A stretch of 64,000 nucleotides of DNA from a virus (taxonomy: Duplodnaviria > Caudoviricetes). Each line of letters opens with the position of its first letter. Position 1 is the stretch's first letter. Shown here piece by piece: positions 63,033-64,000 of the stretch. Position numbers and translations under genes: made by a program. Location of the stretch: IMG/VR virus record IMGVR_UViG_2706795974_000001, positions 9,753 through 73,752 of that record. The stretch is one strand, 5' to 3'. The notes beneath the pieces are model-generated. The model saw only the letters and a program-made list of their open reading frames with translations, searched no databases and had not been told where the DNA came from.

Positions 63033-63291
63033 GTAGTTGAGGGTTGCAACTACCCGCCGGCGTCAGGGTAGTTGAGGGTTGCAACTACCCGCCGGCGTCA
63101 GTGTAGTTGAGGGTTGCAACTACCCGCCGGCGTCAGTGTAGTTGATAGTTGCAACTATGTGGTTGGTACAATGAGTGGTACAAAGTAGTTGAGGGTTGCA
63201 ACTATGTGGTTGGTACAATGAGTGGTACAAAGTAGTTGAGGGTTGCAACTATTATGTAGCGAGTCATAGTAGTTGCAATGTGCAACTACTA
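63033..63291. repeat. Tandem array of GTAGTTG-N7-CAACTA(C/T) palindromes with 35- and 47-bp periods
   Basis: Copies at 63033, 63068, 63103, 63138, 63185 and 63232, plus a variant inverted repeat at 63267-63291. Confidence 0.9.
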
Positions 63292-64000
63292 GGTAAGCCT
63301 TACCTGAGTAGACATGTGTCTAGACATCCGTCCAGTGGGCGGTTTGTACCAGTGGTTGTAGCAGAGCAATGGTTGGTACAAACGAGGGTCGGCGGAGTGT
63401 ACATCGTGGCGTGCGGATTGACAAATTGTGAAGTCCAATATGTGGGATGAGCGGCCATTTTTCGACGGTTACCGAGAGGCGTGTGTAACGCGCGTTTACC
63501 GTGGTCGGAGGTGGTACTAGTCGGTTACCGGACCTGCCTGTAACGGCCGCTCGTGGACGAAAATTGATGTTTGGGCATACGGGGTACCAAAAGGGGGTCT
63601 AGGCCGTTAGCGTGCGATCTAGGGGGCAGAGCACACATTCTCGTTTTTGTCAAACCGGCCCGCAAACCCTAGATGTAGGGTTGAGAGTTGACATTCTCGC
63701 CCAAATGTGCATTGATTCGTAAATATGCGCTATCTCAAATGTCTGGTTTACTATCGTGAATGTTTGGTCATGAGAAAAAAATGAGTTTGTTATGAGGAAC
63801 TTCTAGTTTCGGCGCAGCGCACTTTTAGTTTCGGTCACCCGAAAAGTCGTTGTACGTTGCAACGAAAATTATTGTTCGGCGCGCCGAAACTTTATTGTTC
63901 GGTGGGCCGAAACTTCGTTGCGACTTGCAACTAAATCGAGTTTACCAGCGTGAATCTGGGATGCAACTTTGGAAAGGGGATTGCGGCTAGCGAAGCTCTC

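Larger units (their letters stand above)
62353..64000. other. AT-rich non-coding region with palindromes and tandem repeats (regulatory, origin or genome-end candidate)
   Basis: No credible ORF in about 1.65 kb; visibly lower GC; multiple inverted repeats. Confidence 0.75.

Noticed and set aside
63033-63291. CRISPR array
   Set aside because: The spacers are identical within each period class and short (14 and 26 nt). There is no cas operon, and the lone Cas4-like gene is a common phage nuclease.
63196-63450. 84-aa ORF in the repeat region
   Set aside because: It starts within the tandem repeats, has no RBS and has atypical composition.
62353-64000. DnaA-box origin
   Set aside because: No TT(A/G)TCCACA matches were noticed by eye.

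Overview
The window is most of the genome of a long-tailed dsDNA actinobacteriophage (siphovirus), probably infecting Gordonia or Rhodococcus. The layout recalls GTE7/ReqiDocB7-type phages, but that is from memory and unverified. Left arm (+ strand, 1-34064): the 3' part of an intein-interrupted Mu-gp29/DUF935-type portal, a GC-rich beta-helix spike/depolymerase, a Com-like Zn finger, a Mu-like protease/scaffold, decoration and major capsid proteins, head-tail connectors and the major tail protein. These are followed by tRNA-Asn, tail chaperones with a -1 frameshift, a 3322-aa tape measure with two muralytic domains, minor tail genes and a lysis cassette with a split endolysin and four membrane proteins. 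Right arm (- strand, 34061-62352): Cas4/RecB-like nuclease, a start-less WhiB frame, DNA methyltransferase, MazG-like protein, RusA, DUF4406, beta clamp, Orn/DnaQ-like exonuclease, SNF2 helicase, SSB-like protein, a MoxR AAA+/vWA pair and many small ORFs. The last ~1.65 kb is AT-rich, non-coding and rich in repeats. No integrase, DNA polymerase or lysin B was recognised. The most notable unexplained signals are: (1) two perfect host-type parS sites in covarying palindromes inside a duplicated intergenic cassette; (2) two CRP/GlxR-consensus sites; (3) a tandem palindrome array whose core matches the RBSs of the first right-arm genes; (4) a WhiB domain with no canonical start codon, reachable via a -1 slippery heptamer; (5) a hairpin-flanked tRNA-like element. 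All protein calls come from motif recognition by eye, without database searches.
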